From the NCBI GenBank assembly GCA_045636245.1, contig JAZTXA010000149.1, positions 1 through 35,408 of the forward strand: 35,408 nucleotides of DNA, read 5' to 3'. Under the pieces are notes generated by a model. That model made no database searches and was not told where the DNA came from. It saw nothing but the letters and a program-made list of their open reading frames with translations. A program made the position numbers and the translations under genes. Every line of letters begins with the position of its first letter. Position 1 is the first letter of the stretch. Shown in pieces: positions 1 through 6,644 of the stretch. This stretch comes from Eubacteriales bacterium. Lineage in GTDB: Bacteria; Bacillota; Clostridia; Oscillospirales; CAG-272.

Positions 1-21
1 GTCCGATACTTTAACGAGCAT

Positions 22-43
22 AGCAAGTGTTATAACGCTTGCT
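22..43 (+). promoter_or_regulatory. Inverted repeat upstream of the mobC-like gene; candidate oriT arm
   Basis: AGCAAGTG-ttataa-CGCTTGCT forms an 8-bp stem (one G-T pair). It sits about 75 nt upstream of the relaxosome genes, where oriT usually lies. No nick-site consensus was recognised. Confidence 0.25.
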
Positions 44-44
44 G

Positions 45-70
45 AGCCAATCCGAGAGATTGGCTTTTTC
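45..70 (+). terminator. Rho-independent terminator of an upstream plus-strand gene that lies outside the window
   Basis: AGCCAATC-cgaga-GATTGGCT hairpin followed by TTTTTC. Confidence 0.5.
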
Positions 71-71
71 T

Positions 72-89
72 TTAGGGACGTATCCCTAA
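72..89 (+). promoter_or_regulatory. Perfect 7-bp inverted repeat; candidate operator for the RHH (MobC-like) protein
   Basis: TTAGGGA-cgta-TCCCTAA lies about 30 nt upstream of the mobC-like start. RHH proteins typically bind short palindromes in their own promoter or oriT. Confidence 0.3.
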
Positions 90-117
90 TACCCACAATT
101 TAGAAAGGACAAATCAA

Positions 118-384
118 ATGAGCAAAACAGAAAAAATGACCGAGCGCGTCACGGTCAAAATGGACGCGAACTTGAAAGCCAAGCTTCAGCGCGAAGCCGA
201 GCGGTGCGGCGGAGATATGTCGGCGTATATCCGTTCCTTGATTGAGAATCGGCTATCGCAGGCGGCGGGGACTTGCTACAACTGCATTGGTCGGCTTGAA
301 AAGGCGCTTGATGCAGAGGATGTAGGCTATGAGCTTCACGCCTTTATCCGTTCCAAGTACAAGGCAAAGGATGGTGAGAGCTGA
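118..384 (+). CDS. mobC: Ribbon-helix-helix relaxosome accessory protein (MobC-like)
   Basis: 88-aa ORF. The N-terminal RVTVKMDANLKAKLQREAERCGGDMSAYIRSLIEN fits a beta-strand plus two-helix RHH pattern. The stop overlaps the relaxase start (TGATG at 382-386). Confidence 0.7.
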   Translation: MSKTEKMTERVTVKMDANLKAKLQREAERCGGDMSAYIRSLIENRLSQAAGTCYNCIGRLEKALDAEDVGYELHAFIRSKYKAKDGES

Positions 385-1766
385 TGGCAACCACCTCACT
401 ATGGGCGGTGAGAGGGACGATACGCGACGTAGTAGCTTACGTCAAAGACCCTAATAAGACCGCAAATCCCGATTATGATCTTAAAAACGTGTTGACCTAT
501 GCCGCAGATAACGACAAGACCGAAAAACAGTATTACGTTACGGGGCTGAACTGCTCACCGCATTTTGCCTATGAGCGTATGACGGCAACCAAGGAGCGAT
601 ACGGCAAGCGCGGAGGCATCGTCGGATATCACGGGTATCAGAGCTTCAAGCCGGGGGAGCTAACACCCGAGGAATGTCACAAGATCGGGGTGCTGACAGC
701 CAAGCGAATGTGGGGTGACCGCTTTGAGGTCATCGTGGCAACTCACGTCAAAGGCTCGTCGGCTTTGCATAACCATTTCGTTATCAATAGTGTATCCTTC
801 AAGGACGGCAAGAAGTACCGTTGGCAGAAAGATAGTTACCGACAGTTACGCCGAGTTTCGGACGAGCTTTGCCGTCAGCATCAATTATCCATCATCGAGA
901 ATCCAATGCCAAAGAAAGTGCCAAGGCAGATATGGATCGCGGAGAAACAAGGCAAGGTCACCCATGCATCTATTCTGCGCCACGATATCGACCGCGCCGT
1001 ACGGAGCAACATCAGTTTTAAGTATTTTCTTCAAGCCTTGGAATATCTCGGCTACGTTGTCGTGCGGAACGGTGACTATAAGCACATCTCGGTCATCACC
1101 GAGGGATGGAGCAAGCCAGTCCGTATTGATAGCTTGGGCGCTAATTACACCCTTGAAGTTATTGAACGACGAATCCGAGATAATCTTCACAAAGAACCCG
1201 TACCGCATATCCGCAAACCGCAAAGGCGTATAGCTTGTGAGCTTGAAAGACAGATGAAAGCGTTAGAAAGGTATTCCACTATTGAAATACTGTTTATGAT
1301 CTTCTTTGAGCTAATGGGGATTCCGTATGATGATCCATTCACCAAGGAACAAAGGATGCCGCCGAAATATGAGATTGCGTCACCGTATTTTGCGCAGGAA
1401 GCGATCAACAACGATCGTTATTGCCGAGAGATTCGCCTTATGAGCTGGTACGAGCTTCACACCACCGAGGACGTGACCTCATTCCGTGACAAGCGCAAAG
1501 CGGAACTGCAAAGTTTGGAGCGCGAGAGAAAGGCAGTCGATAATCGTCGCCGTCGCCTTACCGATCCCTACGAGAAACAGAAAAACAGCGCCGAGCGAAG
1601 CGCGATCACAAAGAAAATGACGAACGTCCGCAGGGAGATGAACCTTGCGGACGATATTTTATCCGATTCAATAAGACTTGCCAAAGCGATTGCCGCCGAA
1701 AAGGCTTGTGAGGAACGTCTTGTGCCGGATAAAACCAAACAAAAACACAAAGAACAGGAGAGATAA
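384..1766 (+). CDS. Relaxase/mobilization nuclease domain protein (MobA/VirD2-type)
   Basis: 460 aa. It has the histidine-triad motif THVKGSSALHNHFVINSVSF, an N-terminal Tyr candidate (VVAYVK) and a charged coiled-coil C-terminus. It is translationally coupled to the mobC-like gene. Confidence 0.9.
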   Translation: MATTSLWAVRGTIRDVVAYVKDPNKTANPDYDLKNVLTYAADNDKTEKQYYVTGLNCSPHFAYERMTATKERYGKRGGIVGYHGYQSFKPGELTPEECHKIGVLTAKRMWGDRFEVIVATHVKGSSALHNHFVINSVSFKDGKKYRWQKDSYRQLRRVSDELCRQHQLSIIENPMPKKVPRQIWIAEKQGKVTHASILRHDIDRAVRSNISFKYFLQALEYLGYVVVRNGDYKHISVITEGWSKPVRIDSLGANYTLEVIERRIRDNLHKEPVPHIRKPQRRIACELERQMKALERYSTIEILFMIFFELMGIPYDDPFTKEQRMPPKYEIASPYFAQEAINNDRYCREIRLMSWYELHTTEDVTSFRDKRKAELQSLERERKAVDNRRRRLTDPYEKQKNSAERSAITKKMTNVRREMNLADDILSDSIRLAKAIAAEKACEERLVPDKTKQKHKEQER

Positions 1767-1767
1767 A

Positions 1768-2649
1768 ATGTATAAGAAATTAAAAGAACAGATCACCGAA
1801 ACCACGCAGTATTATCGGCTGCAAAACGTACACCCAAGGGCAGAACAACCCTTCCAAGTCCGCGACGATAAGGAAATGGAACAGCTTGTGGAAAGCATTC
1901 GCATGAACGGAGTCCTCAACCCTTTGATCGTAACACCAAAGCGCGGCGGATATGAGATCGTGTCGGGACACCGCCGCTATGCCGCTTGTCAAAAGCTTGG
2001 CGTGGAGACCATTCCCGTTATCGTTCGTGACCTTACCCCCGATGAAGCGACCCTTTGTATGATCGATTCCAATCTGCATCGCGAGCATTTGTTGCCCTCG
2101 GAAAAAGCCTACGCTTACAAGGCGAAGATGGAGGTGCTGAAGCGCAAGGGACAGCGATACGGTCAAACCTCGTCGCAACCTGCGACAAAGTGGGATGCCG
2201 CTACCGAGATCGGCAAGGCGACCAACGAGAGCCGCGACCAAGTGTTCCGGTATATCCGCTTGACCAATCTCATAAAGCCGCTGATGGATATTGTGGATAG
2301 TGGACGAATCGCATTTACCCCCGCCGTGGAGCTTTCCTATCTGCCCCATGAGTTGCAGGACAAAATCGTGGAGATCTTTGAGAGAGACGAAGCCACGCCA
2401 TCCTATGCGCAGACAGTGAGATTCAGAAGGCTTCTCGGCGAGGGCAAGCTGACGGCGGATACCATTGAGGATATTATGGCAAAGCCGAAAGCCAATCAGA
2501 AAGAGACGGTCAAATTCAGCTACGAACGGATCGCCCGTTTCTTTCCTCCCGAGTATAGCACAAAACAGATGGAAGATGCAATTGTGCGGATTCTTGAAGA
2601 ACGCAGACGAGAGATCTCTCGCCGCCGCGATGATGCAGAAAGGGGGTGA
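1768..2649 (+). CDS. ParB-like N-terminal (ParB/Srx) domain protein
   Basis: Start taken at ATG 1768 (MYKKLKEQ), preceded by GGAGAGA. The motif LNPLIVTPKRGGYEIVSGHRRYAACQKLG matches the ParB N-terminal GxRR box. The longer track ORF from 1678 overlaps the relaxase. Confidence 0.85.
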   Translation: MYKKLKEQITETTQYYRLQNVHPRAEQPFQVRDDKEMEQLVESIRMNGVLNPLIVTPKRGGYEIVSGHRRYAACQKLGVETIPVIVRDLTPDEATLCMIDSNLHREHLLPSEKAYAYKAKMEVLKRKGQRYGQTSSQPATKWDAATEIGKATNESRDQVFRYIRLTNLIKPLMDIVDSGRIAFTPAVELSYLPHELQDKIVEIFERDEATPSYAQTVRFRRLLGEGKLTADTIEDIMAKPKANQKETVKFSYERIARFFPPEYSTKQMEDAIVRILEERRREISRRRDDAERG

Positions 2650-2653
2650 TTTA

Positions 2654-2923
2654 TTGGGAAAGATAAACAGATGGAAATGGTTTTTATGTATGGCGCGGTT
2701 TTGTCTTGATAACAAGGTGGGCGGCTATCGCTGTCGCTCCCAAGTCCCCGAGCACGAGATCTTGAAGATCGTGCGTATGTATGAGCCGATTATCACAGAG
2801 TTTTTCGACAACGAGGAAGAAATGGCGAAATTCCAAAAGTGGCGTGAGGAGCAGGAGGAAAAGGAGAGCATGGATAAGGAGGAGAAAGCAAAGAAGAAAG
2901 CGGGAGCTGCTAACGTAGCGTAA
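2654..2923 (+). CDS. Small Cys-containing protein with an acidic/lysine-rich tail; element-encoded, function unknown. The start is uncertain (TTG 2654 or ATG 2690).
   Basis: The frame stays open after the parB-like stop. AGGGGG at 2641-2646 could serve as RBS for TTG 2654. The sequence is MARFCLDNKVGGYRCRS followed by an EEQEEKE/KKK tail. A terminator follows directly. Confidence 0.45.
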   Translation: MGKINRWKWFLCMARFCLDNKVGGYRCRSQVPEHEILKIVRMYEPIITEFFDNEEEMAKFQKWREEQEEKESMDKEEKAKKKAGAANVA

Positions 2924-2928
2924 TAGAG

Positions 2929-2963
2929 AAAGCCTCGGCAGGGAGCTTCCTTGCCGAGGCTTT
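2929..2963. terminator. Bidirectional rho-independent terminator between the Mob module and the cargo gene
   Basis: AAAGCCTCGGCA ... TGCCGAGGCTTT is a 12-bp stem followed by TTATTATAAAT. It lies between the convergent stops at 2923 and 2987. Confidence 0.7.
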
Positions 2964-2986
2964 ATTATAAATAAATGTTAGATTTT

Positions 2987-4213
2987 TCAAAAAACAAAAT
3001 CCTTGAAGGAAGCAATTTCACGAAATTCTGCTGACTTTAGTCTCTGACACACTTCATTTGAAGTTATCATATGCAGATATGGATATAATAAGAAAAAGTA
3101 AGGGCGAAGAATATGTGCTTTCTTTTTCATGACTGATAGTTCTGGTAAATAGCGATCACAAATGGTGGTATAGTATCCTATTACGTATTCCTTTTTATCT
3201 TCAGAGAGCTTTATATCATAAGGGAACAATCTACAGTCAATTGGGCGTCCTTCATATATTTTACATCTTTGTTCGTCTAAATCAAAGAAATGACATTTTG
3301 TATACTCTAATGTATTGTTTTCTCCTTTTTTTTCGTCTCGCTTCATTTGACGTACAGCGCTATTGTCATACGGAGCGGACAAAGTTTTCGAGAAAGAGTT
3401 CTTTTCTGTTTTGTTAGACGGTAATTGCTTACGGATCAAATCAAGCTCACTGTTTAAGAATACTGGCATGTCAACATTTGGATTTGCACAGCAACAAACC
3501 TTGCGTTCGGTTGAACATTTTGTGCAAAAATCAAATGTTCCATTTAATAGATTTTTGTCCTCCCCCGCTACCCAAATATATGGACTAACTCTGATTTCAT
3601 CATCAACAAAAGCGGAAAGTTTGGAGAAAGAACAAAAACCACTTAAAATATCTCTATCAATCAGTTTTAAATTGATAGCTCCTCGTTCATCAACAGACTC
3701 ATTTTGAGAATAATATTCAGCAGTTAATACTTTGTTTGTATATTTTCCTTTGAGCGTATACGTATGAATTAAAAATTCATTCCCATCTGATCCTATTTCT
3801 CGCAGAGTTACAGTTCCTTCTATTTGTCCATTTTTTTGCTTGGTTATGACAATTTGTTCAGTTTTTAATTTATTATCTTCGGCAAAAAGTGAAGTATAAT
3901 TTTGCCCCAAAACAATATTGTCATTATTGGAAGAAGATGATGTCTCAGGAACTAAAGACTTATCGCTAACATTAATAGTTGTATGGTTAGTAGTATTGTT
4001 TATGGTATTATTAACATTACCTTTATTTTTTGAACTTTTAATTACATTTTTATTATGTGACGAATTGTTCATGTTCCCCTCCGTTCGTTTCTTTTTCTTT
4101 TCTTCAAGGACTCGCTTCAATTCAATATATGCTTTTATTAAGCCAAATATGGCAGTAGGGACACCAATTATAGAAATTATCAGTGTAATAATGATCTTAG
4201 TAGATTCGTCCAT
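2987..4213 (-). CDS. Membrane-tethered protein with a C-terminal YkgJ-type CxxCxxCC cysteine-cluster domain (UPF0153-like); AT-rich orphan cargo gene
   Basis: Start taken at ATG 4213 (MDESTK), preceded by GAGGTGAGG; the track start at 4228 is a GTG. Domains in order: a TM helix (IIITLIISIIGVPTAIFGLI) followed by KKKKR, an N/S/T-rich linker, a beta-rich middle region, then CTKCSTERKVCCC ... CHFFDLDEQRCKIYEGRPIDCRLFPYD. Sampled lines are about 25-33% GC. Confidence 0.8.
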   Translation of the reverse strand: MDESTKIIITLIISIIGVPTAIFGLIKAYIELKRVLEEKKKKRTEGNMNNSSHNKNVIKSSKNKGNVNNTINNTTNHTTINVSDKSLVPETSSSSNNDNIVLGQNYTSLFAEDNKLKTEQIVITKQKNGQIEGTVTLREIGSDGNEFLIHTYTLKGKYTNKVLTAEYYSQNESVDERGAINLKLIDRDILSGFCSFSKLSAFVDDEIRVSPYIWVAGEDKNLLNGTFDFCTKCSTERKVCCCANPNVDMPVFLNSELDLIRKQLPSNKTEKNSFSKTLSAPYDNSAVRQMKRDEKKGENNTLEYTKCHFFDLDEQRCKIYEGRPIDCRLFPYDIKLSEDKKEYVIGYYTTICDRYLPELSVMKKKAHILRPYFFLLYPYLHMITSNEVCQRLKSAEFREIASFKDFVF

Positions 4214-4302
4214 AACCTCACCTCGCACAAGTTGTCATTAATATTATAACACATTTTTGATAGCAAATCAATATATAAAGACATAAATACTTAAAATAAA
4301 AC

Positions 4303-4348
4303 AAATAATCCGAACGATTCTTCAAGTAAGAGAATGTTCGGATTATTT
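4303..4348 (-). terminator. Long hairpin immediately 3' of tRNA-Pro (probable tRNA terminator)
   Basis: AAATAATCCGAAC (4303-4315) pairs with GTTCGGATTATTT (4336-4348), with inner ATTCT/AGAAT pairing. On the minus strand it is followed by GTTTTATTTTAAG. Confidence 0.55.
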
Positions 4349-4353
4349 TCATG

Positions 4354-4430
4354 TGGTCGGAGTGACGGGATTCGAACACGCGACCTCTTGGTCCCGAACC
4401 AAGCGCTCTACCAAACTGAGCCACACCCCG
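4354..4430 (-). tRNA. tRNA-Pro (anticodon CGG), CCA encoded
   Basis: The reverse complement reads CGGGGTGTGGCTCAGTTTGGTAGAGCGCTTGGTTCGGGACCAAGAGGTCGCGTGTTCGAATCCCGTCACTCCGACCA. It has a 7-bp acceptor stem (one G-T pair), a CTTGG/CCAAG anticodon stem with loop TTCGGGA, and a GTTCGAATC T-loop. Confidence 0.9.
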
Positions 4431-4436
4431 AAATAT
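4411..4436. repeat. Direct repeat copy 1 (26 bp): tRNA-Pro nucleotides 1-20 plus 6 upstream nt
   Basis: CCAAACTGAGCCACACCCCGAAATAT is identical to 4614-4639. Confidence 0.9.
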
Positions 4437-4613
4437 GAAATTTTAAGACTTGTTGTTTTATGGAATTGATTTTTGCTTTGCGAGCACCTACGCGCTCTTC
4501 CTGTTGCAACTGTTGGCTCTGCTTTCGTTCGCAAGCTCACTCGGCAATCGCCAAGTTGCTGCCACTCAAAACACCTTGCTTCATCCGCCACAGGCGGCGC
4601 AAGGAGTTTTTCC

Positions 4614-4639
4614 CCAAACTGAGCCACACCCCGAAATAT
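4614..4639. repeat. Direct repeat copy 2 (26 bp): truncated tRNA-Pro 5' fragment
   Basis: Perfect copy of 4411-4436. Beyond the repeat, the tRNA-like sequence is replaced by unrelated GC-rich hairpin DNA. Confidence 0.9.
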
Positions 4640-4652
4640 TAACGCAAGGTAT

Positions 4653-4681
4653 AGTTTATCACAGTTTTGTTTTTTTGTCAA
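4653..4681 (-). promoter_or_regulatory. Sigma-A type promoter reading toward the truncated tRNA 5' fragment (probable ancestral tRNA-Pro promoter)
   Basis: The minus strand reads TTGACA, a 17-nt spacer, then TGaTAAACT (extended -10). The predicted start is about 10 nt upstream of the CGGGG of repeat copy 2. Confidence 0.55.
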
Positions 4682-4782
4682 TATAATTTCAGAATATTTT
4701 ATAAAGAAAACGGAAAATGCTTCGAGGGGTTGACTTACGATCATTATCGTGATAAAATACGAAAAAACGAAAGGTGTACCAT

Positions 4783-5991
4783 ATGAAAAAAACGGTTGCT
4801 TTATTGCTTGCTTTGATAACATCGTTTTCACTTTTTTCCTGCGGAAACGGCGAAGATACAACGGCGGAGGGCGTAACGGACGGTATTACCGTATCCAAAG
4901 ATACGGAAACACCCGCGGAAACAGCAGAGGAAACGGAGGCTGTGACAGAGGCTGAAACTGAAGCTTTGACAGATGCTGAAACAGAGCCCGAAATAGTAGA
5001 AGAACCCAAAAACTTTATGGTCGAAAGACATAATTTTGCTGACATTACCGATAAGGTGAAATTTCTCGGCAGAACCTATACAGAGGGTACCGGCGTTGTA
5101 ATGGATGCAAGTGCATCAGGGTTTGAGTTTTGCGGATATATGAAAGGCGCTGTACGTATTTCAATGACTTGCACTGAAATGTGTTATTTTACCGTTTACG
5201 TTGACGGTGAACGTACATCCTCGCGCTTCTTTATATCCGAAGGTACACACGAAATAACAGTTGTCACATTTACGGAATTCGGATTCCATACCGTGCGCGT
5301 TGTAAAACAAACTGAGCCGTCGCTGGCCCAGTGCACTTTAAATGTGCTCCAAACTGCTTGTATATTCAGCGAAAAGCCAGAAAATAAAGAAATTTACATT
5401 GAATTTATCGGAGACAGCATTTTATCCGGCTACGGCAACCTTTGCGACAACACCGCAACAAATGCGGGTAAGCCCAACAGACAGGATGCAACGCAGGCAT
5501 TTCCTTATCTGACAGCTGAATTGCTTGGTGCCGATTTATCTGTTATCAGCTGCAGCGGAATCGGACTTGTCAAGGGAGTTCACAGCTATAACGCAAAGGA
5601 TTTTTATTCCGCACGCTCTTATTATAAAGGCACAGAGCCTTACAGCTTCGACCGCATACCGAATGTTGTTGTTATCAACTTGGGTACAAACGATTCTGCA
5701 CTCGGTGCATCTGAAGCGGATTTCAAAAACGGTGTAAAAGCACTTGTTGAATATATTAGAGCATCATACAAAAAAGACGTTCCGATAATCTGGACATACA
5801 ATGCGATGAATGATGAGCGTACAGCGCCGTGGCTTGAAGCGCAGTTCGCAACTCTCGGCGGTGAGAGCGCAGGACTTCACCTCTTTAAGCTTGACAGAAA
5901 CACAGACGGCGGTGACTTCCACCCGTCGCTTGATGCGCACAAAGCCTACTCCGAAAAGCTTTCGGAGTTCATAGAAAATATTATTAAATAA
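4783..5991 (+). CDS. Lipoprotein, SGNH/GDSL hydrolase with a CE2-like N-terminal beta-sandwich (carbohydrate acetyl esterase-like)
   Basis: Start at ATG 4783 after GAAAGG. There is a signal peptide with a lipobox (SLFSC) and an acidic T/E/A-rich linker. Catalytic motifs are FIGDSILSGYGN (block I Ser), VVINLGTNDS and DFHPSLDAH (DxxH). Confidence 0.85.
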   Translation: MKKTVALLLALITSFSLFSCGNGEDTTAEGVTDGITVSKDTETPAETAEETEAVTEAETEALTDAETEPEIVEEPKNFMVERHNFADITDKVKFLGRTYTEGTGVVMDASASGFEFCGYMKGAVRISMTCTEMCYFTVYVDGERTSSRFFISEGTHEITVVTFTEFGFHTVRVVKQTEPSLAQCTLNVLQTACIFSEKPENKEIYIEFIGDSILSGYGNLCDNTATNAGKPNRQDATQAFPYLTAELLGADLSVISCSGIGLVKGVHSYNAKDFYSARSYYKGTEPYSFDRIPNVVVINLGTNDSALGASEADFKNGVKALVEYIRASYKKDVPIIWTYNAMNDERTAPWLEAQFATLGGESAGLHLFKLDRNTDGGDFHPSLDAHKAYSEKLSEFIENIIK

Positions 5992-5997
5992 CCAATT

Positions 5998-6025
5998 AAG
6001 GGCGGTTCATTCGAACCGCCCTTTC
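5998..6025. terminator. Bidirectional terminator between convergent genes
   Basis: GGGCGGTTC-attc-GAACCGCCC followed by TTTC. The hairpin overlaps the last codons of the HAD gene. Confidence 0.6.
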
Positions 6026-6642
6026 AATATTTCATAAAGCTCATCTGTTGTTTTGACTGTTTTATAAGCCGATTTTGTAATTTCAGCTTTATCGCCATAC
6101 CCCCACAAAACGGCAACAGTGGGAATATTATTTTCTTTTGCTCCGTTTATGTCTGTCATCGTATCGCCGACCATAACGGGGTCGTTTATATCAGGCACCG
6201 AATTCAAAAGGTGCTTTATTATATCGGCTTTTTCAATACGTGCGGGTGATGCGCCGCATATTTTTTCAAAATATTTTGCAAGTCCGAAATGTTCAAGTAT
6301 CTCGGCGGACACTTCCTCGGGCTTTGCTGTTGCGACAAACAAACGGTATCCGTCAGATTTCAGCCGCTTTAACAGCACCTGTATTCCGTCATACACGTAA
6401 TTTTCAAATTTGCCGACGGTGTTATACCGTGCCCTGTATACGGAAATTGCCTCGTCAATATGCGCCTTGTCTATACCGTGACTTAAAAAGCTGTCGCGAA
6501 GCGGCGGACCGACAAATGTCAGAAGCTCTTTTTCGCTCGGCGGTGTCATACTAAAATGCTCAAATGTGACAACGGCGCTTTTCATAATACCCTCACCCGA
6601 GCAGGTGAGCGTGCCGTCAAGATCAAATATAATACATTTCAT
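6007..6642 (-). CDS. HAD-IA family hydrolase (phosphoglycolate phosphatase / nucleotidase-like)
   Basis: The motifs are MKCIIFDLDGTL (DxDxT), a FVATAK block and VGDTMTDINGA (the Asp pair of motif IV). Confidence 0.85.
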   Translation of the reverse strand: MKCIIFDLDGTLTCSGEGIMKSAVVTFEHFSMTPPSEKELLTFVGPPLRDSFLSHGIDKAHIDEAISVYRARYNTVGKFENYVYDGIQVLLKRLKSDGYRLFVATAKPEEVSAEILEHFGLAKYFEKICGASPARIEKADIIKHLLNSVPDINDPVMVGDTMTDINGAKENNIPTVAVLWGYGDKAEITKSAYKTVKTTDELYEILKGRFE

Positions 6643-6644
6643 AA

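Larger units (their letters stand above)
1..4353. mobile_element. Right-hand part of an integrative/mobilizable element (mobilization module plus AT-rich cargo) abutting the 3' end of tRNA-Pro. The left end and the recombinase are outside the window.
   Basis: A contiguous mobC-like/relaxase/parB-like/small-ORF module lies at 118-2923. It is followed by a compositionally foreign gene and then the 3' end of a tRNA gene at 4354. No att copy or integrase is visible, so the boundaries are inferred. Confidence 0.5.

Noticed and set aside
1780-2715. 311-aa minus-strand ORF antisense to the parB-like gene
   Set aside because: It lies fully inside a well-supported plus-strand gene with a clear ParB motif. 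Its translation is low-complexity (Arg/Leu/Gly-rich) with no recognisable domain and no RBS, which is typical of an antisense shadow ORF.
4349-4861. 170-aa minus-strand ORF spanning the tRNA-Pro and the duplicated region (also 4218-4424 and the small plus-strand ORFs at 4450-4686)
   Set aside because: It reads straight through a tRNA gene, a direct repeat and GC-rich hairpins. There is no RBS and the composition is implausible.
4689-5045. 118-aa minus-strand ORF with an SASVKASVSASVTASV repeat
   Set aside because: It is the antisense translation of the acidic T/E/A linker of the SGNH lipoprotein, a by-product of the periodic codons.
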